DNA of 64,000 nt, from NCBI RefSeq assembly GCF_964355755.1, contig NC_092678.1, forward strand, positions 8,138,422-8,202,421, given 5' to 3'. The notes beneath the pieces were generated by a model. The model searched no databases. It saw only the letters and a program-made list of their open reading frames with translations, and was not told where the DNA came from. Within the stretch, counting starts at the first letter, position 1, and every line of letters starts with the position of its first letter. This DNA is from Antedon mediterranea. Taxonomy: Eukaryota; Animalia; Echinodermata. Shown here piece after piece: positions 39,520 through 51,791 of this stretch. The translations under genes were made by a program, and so were the position numbers.

Positions 39520-39810
39520 CATGGATTTGGCATGGATAAGGGCCCTGGTTCAATTCCAGTATGTTGGCTATCATTGCTATGTGTCGTTTTAAATTCAACA
39601 TTGTTAATATCCCTGTACACATCTGGCTCGTGCACTAAACAACCCAGTCCATCTTTTGGAACAGTAGTGGGTACTGGTCCAGTCAGCCAAGATGGAATGA
39701 GCTCTGTTTAGTGGCAGCACTCATATCATCGACACGAAGGGGAGAAGAAAGTTCTTGCGTGTCGTCCACACCTGTGCGCAAAGACATTATCCCCGCACAT
39801 TACAGGTGTA
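39520..39810 (+). mobile_element. Degenerate tRNA-derived SINE-like sequence
   Basis: B-box-like GGTTCAATTCC near 39547; a similar minus-strand remnant lies at ~47370-47505 (GGTTCAAGTCC). Confidence 0.35.
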
Positions 39811-39882
39811 CCACGTGTATTGTATATACATGCGGTTATTGTGTTATTTTGAGTGGAAAATATTAACGCTCAGGTACATTAA

Positions 39883-40425
39883 AGATGTATTGTCCCTTGA
39901 AACACAAACAATGAAGGTCAAAATATTCTAAATTTAAATTAGCCATATCAATGTAATGTTAAAGTTATTTACTTTAAGTCGAAAATTCGAGCCAAAAATA
40001 ATAAGTTGACGTAATTTACAGGTAAATTAATTTGATTACACTTCGTCTGGAAAATCGTCGCGAACGAAAGTAAACAAAGATTTCAAACCACGAGTATGCA
40101 TTATGCATGATGCTAATTAGTTTACAACTCGTCACGGTTAAGAAGGTGTTTTCACACAGATCGCGAGGAAGTTTTATGATTATGCATACAGAGTAGACAA
40201 ACAAGCGCGTTGCATTATGAGATATGTTTTGATCAAAAACTTTGACAGGAAGTAAAAGTTATTTTTTGAACAAAAAAACGTCTGTATTTCAGTTAAATGA
40301 TTTTTTTTCCCCGACTAATTTTTGGTGAAAGTTAATAACTATTATGATACTTCAAAATGACCCACTTTTTTTCGAAATATTTATTTTTTTATTTTTTTGG
40401 AATTAGTCAAAGAGACAATACATCT
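39883..40425. mobile_element. Kolobok-like non-autonomous element
   Basis: TIR AGATGTATTGTC flanked by TTAA on both sides. Confidence 0.7.
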
Positions 40426-41088
40426 TTAAGCTAAGCCAACAAAATACATATTAACTCATTTTTTTGATAGGCAGAAAATGTACAACTTCAGAGAGACCTG
40501 TGACCTACTCAAAAGAAATGGAAACAATATATCGATGATCTTGTTTATTAAACATCATAACAATAGAAGTATATAAATACAATTCTTAAATATATTTTGC
40601 ATTGCAATGTAAACTTATCACTTTCAATTTCTACTAACTGTACTTCCTTATTATCAATATCCTTTGTAGTGATTCTGTTCTACTGTATCTTGGCAAAATA
40701 CACAGTATCATGGACAAATTGTGTGTTACATTGTCACCTGTATCATAGGAACATCATCTAACACTGCATTTGATTCCCTTCCCTCAAACCAGGGAAAAGT
40801 AAAATTTAGTCTTCACCTCTTCTTACAAAATTGAGATGTGATGCTGTATTATGGAAATTGTCTAGGATACTGTGATAAAAATGGTCATATATCATAATAA
40901 AGTACAACTGGGATGAATTTATTGCAAGAATTAAAATGTAGTTAATCAGGCTATACTCACAGGAATGAGATTATACCCTGAGATTTGATGAAAGATCGTA
41001 AATATAATCAAACCAAGGTCTTTCATTATTATTTTTCACTGATATTAATCCATATTTAGTGCATTCTAAAATAAGCCGTGTCAAAGTG

Positions 41089-44000
41089 TTATAGTGAAGG
41101 TGCCGCCCAGTTGAGGAATTTCATGGCGCATTCAAATCCACAGAAACAAGCCTGCAAAAAATAAAAATACAAATTATGAGTTTGACCGATCTTTTCCCTA
41201 ATGGCCAACAAAATAGAGGGCGTTACAGCAATTTATCTTGATTGTTTTATCATAGAGATAACTTAATAGAGGATAAACTGTGTGACAGTCAATGATATTA
41301 TATAGCCGAAGGCTAGATGGCAAACTGCAATGTTATTGCATTTCAAAAAGTGATTCTCCATGGAGAGGGAACTAACAAGATGGCGGCTGCAATCAACCAA
41401 TCAGATATGAAAGTGAGCCAAGTTCTTTGTACAATTATGTGGTATTACAGTTTTATTTCAATAAAGTGTTTGGTACCATTGGAAAGTTTATTTCTATCTC
41501 ATTATTTGAGTGTATATTGCATGTTATTCTGATTACAAACACCTTTGCTATGAGCTTTGAAAAACAGGTAAATTTATCTAAAATGGCTGGCGGTGAGGGG
41601 TACTTCCTTTATTGAATGCCTGGCGGTGAAAGTGTTAATGTATTATATTATTATTTTTTATATTAAATGTTTTGGAACAAATTTATGGCCGCCATCTTGT
41701 TGGTTCCCTCTCCTGTTGGAATCACTTTTCAGTCTGGAGTGCGCCCTCTAGCTTTCGGCTTATTACATCTCTCTGGTGACAGTGGAGTGCAATTATTTGA
41801 AGATAGAGTAAAAATAGAGGGTGCTACAACTATTTTTTAACTTTACAAATTGTCTGATCATAGAGATAACATTGTTATCTCTAATAACATAACTTATTAC
41901 AGAGTAAAGTAGGCCACAGTGGAGTGCAATCATTTGAAGTAAAATAGTGGGGACTACAACAAACTTGATAGTTTGGCCATGAGATAAAGCCTGTCCTTTC
42001 CTGTTGATATTAAATCACTGAGAGTTACACTGAGTCAACAAGATTCAACGATTGACAGGAAAAGGACTAAAAATCAACACAGATATTATTGAAAATTTAA
42101 GCTGACCAATCAAATGCTTTACAAATGATGTCATCATACAATCATCCAATTAACAAATCGATTGGAAAAGGTGGACATTAGGCAATTCTAGGTGATTCTA
42201 TGTTGATATAAAGTTTGCAGTACACTATGTATATTAGTTCTAAAAAGAACTGTTGAGTTTCTCAACGTTTCGATCACTATGCTTTGATCGTCCTCAGGAG
42301 TGAGTCTACACAATATTTGTATTTGCGAAATTAAATAGTATTTGAAAAAACCAAAACGTAACTTACCGCATTAGCAGGGAATGCCCTCAACATGACAGGA
42401 GTAAAACCCTTGTATAATGACATCACACCCTCCTTAGCAACCAATTCTTTAAAAACGTCTCGTAGTCCATTTGGATATTGACCAGCAGGAGCTAAGCATG
42501 AAAAAAAAAATTCACAGGAAAATGAAATACTGTATTGAGAGAATTTAACACAAAATCTCGATATAACAATTAAAAATATAAATCAAACTATTTGGTGCTT
42601 TCACAACAAATCTTAGGCATTAGCCTATATTGAAAACAATGAGCATACACTTTATAGGCATGGCAAAGATGGTGAAAGCGTTAGACAACATATTTTCACC
42701 TTTATTTAACAAACTAGGGCCTTAGAGAGAACCTAAAATAATACGTTTCAGGATTTTTTCCAAGATAATCGAAATAGTTAGGTCTGTGTAAGAAGTATAC
42801 AATAGCAAAGCTTTGTTCCCAACAATATACACAACAGCAATTATGGATGTCTTGTATGCAATATAAGAGCCAATTTAACCTTGATGCAAAATAGTGAGAA
42901 TTCACGGCAGCCAAAAATAAACTTGTAAATAGACAATACAAAATGTCTATTAAAAGCCAAGTCCAAACTATTTAAAAAATATAATTTGACTAAATATGCT
43001 TGCAACTTAAGCACTGAGTTCATGAGCAGGCTAAATACGGTGACAACCACTACTATAGGTTGTACACTTACCTGTTTGTAGTCTAGATTTAAGTGTATCA
43101 GGTGGTATTGCAACTGCCCAATTAAATATACCGGCCATTCCACCAGCAAATAAAACTCGACCAACACTTAGACTAGATGGACTGAAAAATAGTGGAAATA
43201 AAAATAAGTTTAATGAAAATATATAATCACTCATTTTTTGTGACATAACATTTTTTTATTATGTATATTCAGAACCCCAGTACACAAGATAAGATAATAA
43301 GATTTATAGAGCGCACGTATCCACAAAGTGCACAAGGCGCTTGAACAAACAAGATGCTATTTGGGGTGAATCCAGGGAAGGCTAACATAATAATATTTAA
43401 TACAGCACCACCCTTATTAAAGGAGGACACCATTTGGACCTAACAAAGTGTTCCTTTAATGGGGTTGTCTTGTGACCCTGAATAGGGTTGTCCCAAATGA
43501 TAGGTCCTACTGTAAAGCTCAATATATTTGCGCCTTTATTTTCCCTACTTTTGCGATTGAACAACGATCACGAAAAAAGGGCGCGCGAAAATCCCAACAA
43601 TGTTAGTTACAGTCAATCAGGCCAAGGCTTAAAGGTAAATTTTTATGAAATGTATAGTGTACTTGCTTGACGAATCCTTTGTCCATTAAATCATATAAGT
43701 TGTAATGTGTCCATAAATTAATTATTCTACGTGCGTATCAAACGGCAAAAAAACCATCGCCATCCTTTCCATATTTCCATCAGGCCGGCATCGCGTCCAT
43801 TGTTGTGTAGAAACAACAATAATTTGGTAGTCGAGTACATTACTTATGGGGGTGTTCACTATCTAAGAGCCTATTAAATATGTGTCTCATCCACTGTGTA
43901 GCCAAAGCATTTATTTATTTACATCCCTAAATTTACAATCGCATATTCTGTAATTTACTGAGACTATTTAAATGTTGTTTGATGTTCATCGTGGAGGCGA

Positions 44001-47000
44001 AATACATTCGCCAATTTGGTTCAACAAATTAAACAAGAAACTCAATTCTCAAAAATAAAAGGTTGTGAAATAGATGAAAATGTAAAATCGCGAAAATTTA
44101 GGGCCGGGAAAATGTTGGGGCTTTACAGTATATCTTTTAAGGAGGAGTGATTAGTGGAACCCTCGTACCACGCCCTGGATCTTCCCCAGGCAATTTGACT
44201 TATTATAACACACCTAGCCTCCTTGCAATTTAATAGGTTAATTTTGTATTATATGGCGTTGGTCAGCTCGTGAAAATACTTACTCGGAATCTGCTGGGGT
44301 TATTGACCTTTTGATCAATTCATATGACATGAAGTAGATACCACTAGCAGGTATATCTGTATATAAACAAAATATTTACACATTTTATGCACATTATATT
44401 TAAATTTAATTATATGCAAATTATAATTAAACATGTAAATTATATCCATGCGACTGTAAAAACTTGGTGGGTTTATGGTAGCTCAACCATGTGTGTTCCC
44501 TGCTATTATTAATAGATACTTATGATTGCCAATTTTAGAGAGGATAATATGTATAGTATAATACAGCTAATTTTTATTATAAAAAATTTGGTATTTGCAT
44601 AGATACACTAAAATAATTTATAATATAATAAATGCCAATATTATAAACTTGAAATGTGGGTACCTGTACCAAAATCTAGGGCGGTTTTCAAATGCAGTTT
44701 AAAATCTTCCAGCCCAGTACAATTGCAGGCATTTTGGTACGCGATTATTTATGAACGCACCTAATAGCAAATATTTTTATAATGAACAAACATGGGAAAA
44801 TTGGGCCATTTAGACTCCATTTTGGCAGCTACATTTTTCAAAACTTTATATTGTTTAATTAATGCAGCTTATTCTTAATTGGTGTATCCCATTATAACTG
44901 TTTTGTTTTTAATTAATTTGTACTACTTAGTTTTGTATATTTTGGTATTTTATAATAATGATGGAGTAAGAGCAGTTTTCTGTTTGGGCTCATGCCTAAT
45001 ACTTGCTCCTGGCAAGATGATATGTAAAACGTACTTTTAAGCAGGGGTGGCGCCAGGATCTTCCCGACGCGAGGGCTACATTCCCCGATGAGGGGGCTAG
45101 GCGAGCATCACAAGGCTGGGGGGCCAGGGGGCCGCCAAGGGCCCCCGGTGGGGGTCGAGGGGGCGAAGCCCCCGGAAGCAACGCGTTCTAGCGTCATTTG
45201 AGGTCATTTTAATCAGATTTAGGGTAGCCATTTTTTCCATTTTTTATAATGCATAAATAAAATACTGCGTGCAAAAAAACGATGCGCGATGACTGTTTCA
45301 ATCCATATTTTTCAATTTAAAAAATAAAAGTTCAAAGAAAATTTAGAAAAATAGAGTGGGAGGTCCTGGAAATTGGACTTATTATACTTCATAACATGAA
45401 ACAAAATATATAAGTCTCTATCATGGTTGTGACTGAGCTAAGAAAAAAAATGTTTGAAAAATAGAGATGTTAGGTCCCGGAAAATTCACTTTTTGTACTT
45501 CGAAATATGACCAGCTTTATTGTTGGGGCTGAGCTAAGAAAATGTTTAAAACTAGAGCTGCAGGTCTTCAAAAAATTGCATTTTATACTTTGGAAACATC
45601 AGGCCCATAGGCTTAAAAAACGCAAGCGTAGACCTTTTTCAGTCGGGGAAATAAGTTTGTTCCTCCCAAGTGGTGAGAAATTCATGACATACAGGACATT
45701 GAAAATTATTTAATAACTTAGCTATAATAAGATGTTGGCTAAGCGAAAATGGCATGTTTTTTTGTTTAGTAATGGATGAAATATTTATTTTAGGTGCCCT
45801 ACGGTAAAGAAGGTTACTTGTAAATTAAAAAATTGGTGAACATACGAACAATTAACATAATTCGTTTTTGCTGTAGTGTAGCGTACGTCGACACAGTACA
45901 CGACGTAACCGTCGGTAAACTTCGCCTGGAAAATAACTACAGTACACATTTTGGTCCCTGGATGGAACATGATATCACGACCCAACGTTGAACGATTCGT
46001 ACAAAGGGATACCGCCAGACAAGTGCGTACCTAGCTAATGTTTAGTAGTAAGTTAGATCGCTGACAATAATGAATGCATATAAAGTGCATAATATCACTC
46101 TGACGTACTCTCACGGTCAATGAAACGTCGCGGTTTTCTAGGCGCTGAAGCTACCAAGTGAACGCGAACGTTTTTTACTGTATATTATATTCCCCGACAA
46201 AAAGTACCCGTGCTCCCTTCGGTAACCGTCGGTAAACTTCGCCTGGAAAATAACTAGGCCTACATTACACATTTTGGTCCCTGGATGGAACATGATATCA
46301 CGCGTCTCGACCCAACGGTGAACGATTTGTACAAAGGGATACCGCCAAACAAGTGCGTACTAGCTATTGTTTAGTAGTTAGATCTCTGGCAATAATGAAT
46401 GCATAAAAGTGCATAATAGCCCTCTCTGACGTACTCTCACGGTCAATGGAACGTCGTGGTTTTCTAGGCGCTGAAGCTATATGAAGTGAACGCGAACGTT
46501 TTTTACTGTATATTATATTCCCCGACAAAAAGTATCCGTGTTCCCCGACGGGGGCGGGGGGGGGGGGCTAGGCTCCCCACTGCTTTTAAGAACTTTTGCC
46601 GAATAAATATTAATATATTATTACTAAACCTTCCCAGTACAATTATGGTTATGTGCATAGGTACATGCAGTAGTAACATTTGTACAAATATAGTGTTTGT
46701 TTTACCCCTTAACAATGTTGCCACTGTGCCTTTATAGATGCCTCTAAATAGACCTGCTTCCCTGTATAGCTGCCTGGCACAATCCATAGGCCCAGCATAC
46801 TTTGGTTTACCCTGAGATGCTGCTTGGATCTACATATAATAAAAACATACATTGAGCTAATTAACTGAATAAATGCTACTGTATGTGTTTTTTTTTTTTT
46901 ATTAAACTTTGTCTTATCTTCCTCTTCTTTTGCGCAAATTGATGGTTCTAATAAACATACCGAGTATATTTTCAGCTAGGACAAAACTAAATTTATACTT

Positions 47001-50000
47001 GATTTTGCTGACACAAATAATTTAGTTGTACCTGTAGTAAACATTTAATCCTTTCGCCAGGAGCCATGATGGCAGTTGTGAAGACACCAGCCAGCATGCC
47101 AGCCTTAAACAGCTGTGTTGGTCTGAATAACAAAAGCAGAGATATACAAGATAACATTCATCATTATTCTGCTGGGCTATTCTTATGGTAATACTAATAG
47201 TCTATCTTCTTAAATTTAATCCTTTATTAAAAGGTAAAATATGGCTCATGTGCATGTTACAGTTTACCTGTTTTTTGCAATTTGTTTTTTTTTATATATT
47301 TAGGAAAATTGTCAAGGATAACCATAAGCGAATTCATTCAGTATCCTTCTAAATTAAAGGTGGCAGTCCTGTTCACACGACAACACAAGATTCTCTACAT
47401 AAACAAAGTCTTATTACAAGTCGTTGGGAGTGGAATCCTGACATATGACAGGACTTGAACCCAGGATCATTGGATAGGTAGCCAAGCATCATAACCACCA
47501 AGTCACAGTGCGTCATTGAGTAGGTTACTGTTTCCCAGTGTACTGTACAGCCCTATTCATTACCTAAACAAATCTCATGGAATAATCTACTTAACCTTTT
47601 ACTTAAATTATTATTATTAACTTTAAAGGCAATTTAGAGGATGGGTTTCAGGCTCTATCCTCAACTTTGTAAGTTGGAAAAAGAAAGAAAGGGCATCTAG
47701 GATATGTTCGACACCATCACATCCTCTTATTTGTCCTCCCCACCCAGGCTTATTCTCCTCATCATGCATTCTGGATCAACCTAATCACTCTGAATGAATC
47801 TGTTTTCTTACGAATATGAATTATTAGGTTCACTTGGAGTCTGTAGCTTCTTTCCAATTCCAAAGCCCAGGAAGCATACAGCATACATTGGTGTTACTCC
47901 CAATATGGGTGCTAACATGCCTTTGTACAAGCCTGTAAATCCCTATAAGAATAAATGAAGGAAATGTCATTTAAAAAAAACAAAACAATGATAATATTAA
48001 TAATGATGATGATTCTGCTGACGACAGACCTCTTCTCTTCTCCCAACAATTGGTTGAGTTTATCTCTTCTCTTAAGTCTCGCGATAATTGGCTGAGTCTT
48101 TATGTTTCAGTAATCATCATCTCACTCTAAATTAAGGTGGGGTAATTTCTGCCAATTGGTAAATTAAAAAAAAAAAGCGAAAAAAAAAAACCCCACTTCT
48201 AGGTCCTTGGGTTAAATAAAGAGAAAAATGTATCGGTAACGCATTTTTTTTATACCTTTTTGGGTAACAGAACACACAATATATATATAATAAACATATG
48301 CCATGCTTGGTTAGTGTCTGAGAAACTTATTACTTTTGATTATGTTTCGAGGTACAGTACAGTTTTATTTAATATAGAGCTCTATATGGTTTAGTCATGC
48401 TGCTGATATTTAATTTTTCTAAGTTAGGACCTCGGAGATGATGAGAATTGGGTTACAATAATCTACCTCTTTTGAAATAATCTTTTTTGCACAATCCAAT
48501 GTGCCATTGTACATCAAAGGCTGCCCAGCTGCCGGTGTAGGTTGGGTCTGCAGTCGCACCTTTATAATAAAATTTAAAAATACAAATTGATGAGTAAACA
48601 TGATGGCGAGTAATGCTGTCTTTAATGCACTCATTAAAACAGTCATGGTTACAGTATTTTATTTCTATTTTATTCAATCGAAACAGGTTTGATACAAACA
48701 AAGCCAGGACAGTTTAAAGCACCTTGATTGGTCCTAACAATAACATTGATCAAGGGCTTCTTTCGTCCAGGGGAAAGGCATGGGCCAATATGTCTGAGAC
48801 AGATACTAGATGTATTACTTCGTTCCAATCTATAATTTTATATAACCTTAACTTTAAACCTTAAGTTGTATTTTGATTATTAATTTTTGATATTAAATGG
48901 CAATGACTGTGGTGGTGAATTAGAACACTTCAATCTAACAACTTGACACTGAGATCGCTTTGCTAAGATATATTCCATGGTGCACAGAATGGGTGTGGAA
49001 CTGATCCGTGTCGCAGTCACAGATAAACCCTTTGATCCCTGAAGCTCAGCATCCTGTTGTTAATTGCCTTGATTGAAATACTGAAATAATCACACAGACT
49101 GAGGAGACCAAAGGAGAGATCCCATCTGACTACAGATACACAGGGGTATTTAAACGGTGTCAGATGAAATCGGTCGCGCTTGAAATCGGTCGCGTTTGAA
49201 ATCGGTCGCGATAAAATCAACTTCCGGTATTTTGTATGGAGTGCCGCTAGAGCTATACTTTTGATTATATCGGTCGCGTTTGAAATCGGTCGCGCTATTT
49301 TGTATGGATCGAGCGGGATGCATGCTAGAGCGGATATACATTTTTCGTTTATATATATTTAATTGATATTTTTTAGGAACTAGATTATTTATGTGGATAT
49401 TTTTTATTTGGTTAATAAATATTTATTGTCAATCATTACATTAATTTTTTTATTTCACAGGTCTCGGTGAAGGACTGTGTCGGTTAAAAATGGCCATTTC
49501 TAAACACGTTTAAATATTATATTAGGCATAATATTATATAAGGCATATAATAATTTACCTCTATTTATATGTACTGTAATTAATATATTATTATATAGAG
49601 AATATACGTCTGTCGTGTCTTTTATTATGCAAACAATTACGTATGGTTTTAGGATATTAATAAAATATATAGATAATATGCCGTTAAAAATCAATCTACC
49701 GGCCTACAGTAGGACTATGATGTACAATGATTGATGTGAGAATAATAATGTATGGATAATAAAGGTGGACACGATTCTCAAAGAGGTAATCTGCACTGAT
49801 ATTTAAACATTTAGATTTACGAACGGCGTATGAATGTGAGACACTGAGTTGCATTTGCATGTATTATAAATGATATAAACGATATTCAAATTAAAATCTA
49901 TAATATCGCCGACGTATATACGTACATTATATATAAATCATACAGTCAACTGTCATCTTTACCTCGCCATGGACAACGATCGTACGTGTTTTGTCCATGA

Positions 50001-51489
50001 GTTGACACACTAACAAGTGCGTGTTTTTTAAAAAGGGGAAACCCCGTCAGCAAAATAACGTATTGTTAGAGGAAACAGCTGCACGATCATAGAAGGCGCA
50101 TCTCCGATATGGCTTATGTGGAGGGTTATTTCAGTTACTCGCCTTTTAACCATCCGCATATAATGATCATTTTACTAAAAACTATTTTAAACATTAGAAA
50201 TAAAAATATACACATGATTTGCCTCAACAATAATCATTATACACTTAATATTATCTTACATAACGGATAGAAATAAAAATAGTATGTTGTTAACGACATG
50301 GATATGATATAATCTGCCACAGTATGCATAAGTATAAAAATGGATACGCTGGCTTTACGGGCTATAATTGTAAAAATTATTGTTTTTAAATAAATTGTTC
50401 TCTTTTACGTAATTGTTTGCATAACAAAAGACACGGCAGACGTATATTCTCTATATAATAATATATTAATTACAGTACATATAAATAGAGGTAAATTATT
50501 ATATGCCTAATATAACATTATGCCTAATATAATATTTAAAAGTGTTTAGAAATGGCCATTTAGAACAGACACAGTCCTTCTCCGAGACCTGTGAAATACA
50601 AAAAAAAAAAATTAATTTAGGCCTAATGATTGATAATAAATATTTATTAACCAAGTAAAAAATATCCACATAAATAATCTAGTTCCTAAAAAATATCAAT
50701 TAAATCTATATAAACGAAAAATGTTTATCCCGCTCTAGCATGCATCCCGCTCGATCCATACAAAATAGCGCGACCGATTTCATCAAAAGTATAGCTCTAG
50801 CGGCGCGCCATACAAAATACCGGAAGTTGATTTTATCGCGACCGATTTCAAACACGACCGATTTCAGACGCGACCGATTTCAGACGCGACCGATTTCATC
50901 GTAAACCATTTAAACTCCATTAACATTAATATAATTAACAACAACAATCAATCAATCCTTTTTTTTAATAGTATGACAGGTCAAAAAGGTGACCTTCTTT
51001 CTCTAGGCCTAGCTAGAGTCTAGTTTACTGGCTCATGTATGTGGTGAATTGTTTCGCATGCACTCTTTTTGTGGCCTAAAGTCAGTCCAGTGGTTAGTAA
51101 TTAGTTTAGCCGGGCGCCGATACTAAAGTGCCTAGCCTAGTAGTAGTACTAGTAGTAGTAGTTATGAATTCGAATAGCAGTAGACCTAGTAGTACAGTAG
51201 TAGAGGAAGAGCGGGAGCCGGTATTTCGTTAGCTAGCTAGCCTCTAGGCTAGTAGTAGTAGGCTAGTAGGGTTACCGCTAGTAAGTAGTAGTACTAGGCC
51301 TCTAGGTAGGACCGGTAACTAGCTAGGCCTAGGCTAGGCCTAGTCCTATAAAGGCTAAACTACGCTAGAGGCCTTCCCCAGTAGCCAATAACTAACCTTG
51401 ATGGTGTCTAATGGATGACCAGCAAACACTAAACATACTCCCCCAAAACCTCCAGCTAAAAAGTTTTTAACAGGACTTATTTCTGACAT
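41089..51489 (-). CDS. SLC25A20: Mitochondrial carnitine/acylcarnitine translocase (300 aa, 9 exons)
   Basis: Exons 51489-51397, 48559-48467, 47942-47812, 47122-47032, 46829-46706, 44356-44284, 43181-43072, 42491-42367, 41151-41089. Peptides [61 protein letters not shown] and RAFPANAACF. Confidence 0.95.
41290..41775. mobile_element. Old MITE (P- or hAT-like) with ~90-bp imperfect arms
   Basis: Arms 41290-41390 and 41686-41775; 8-bp TSD GTGACAGT at 41282-41289 and 41776-41783. Confidence 0.65.
42261..42300 (-). ncRNA. Minimal type-I hammerhead ribozyme motif (Penelope-like pLTR remnant)
   Basis: Minus strand reads CTC-CTGAGGA-C-GATCA-AAGCATAG-TGATC-GAAAC-GTT-GAG: conserved core boxes, stem II, palindromic stem III and a short stem I. 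Confidence 0.55.
43510..44128. mobile_element. Tc1/mariner-type MITE
   Basis: TA|CTGTAAAGC ... GCTTTACAG|TA. Confidence 0.6.
45042..46582 (+). mobile_element. Element A, copy 3: full-length non-autonomous hAT element in SLC25A20 intron 5
   Basis: Ends CAGGGGTGG / CCCCACTG; exact 8-bp TSD CTTTTAAG at 45034-45041 and 46583-46590. Confidence 0.9.
49156..50907. mobile_element. Foldback-type element (Merlin- or MULE-like) with ~500-bp arms in SLC25A20 intron 1
   Basis: GG...CC termini; tandem TGAAATCGGTCGCG subterminal repeats; 8-bp TSD ATTTAAAC at 49148-49155 and 50908-50915. Confidence 0.85.
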
Positions 51490-51791
51490 TTTATTTAATT
51501 ATTTTATATTATAAAAACACAAGAAGTCAACTCCTCATAACCGACGTCGTCGTGTGACAACTTCGCTACGCCTCAATGCCTGAAGGTCAATGGTTAAGTT
51601 GTTGTTCAACAGAGCAGAACGGCGCGTTATGCATAAATTAAAGGACAGCTAAGCAGAGCACGCTGGAATTTGCTCCAGCTAGGCATGGCATGTGCGATCA
51701 AAAGTTAAAAGAGGGAAGAAGGAGATATTGGTGGTCCAAGTCTTGTACTTAAAAACCGAGACAGGAACAAGGTCAACGTTTATTAAAAGTA
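51490..51791. promoter_or_regulatory. Probable bidirectional promoter shared by SLC25A20 and SENP8
   Basis: The divergent ATGs are only ~300 bp apart and the spacer is CpG-enriched. Confidence 0.7.
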
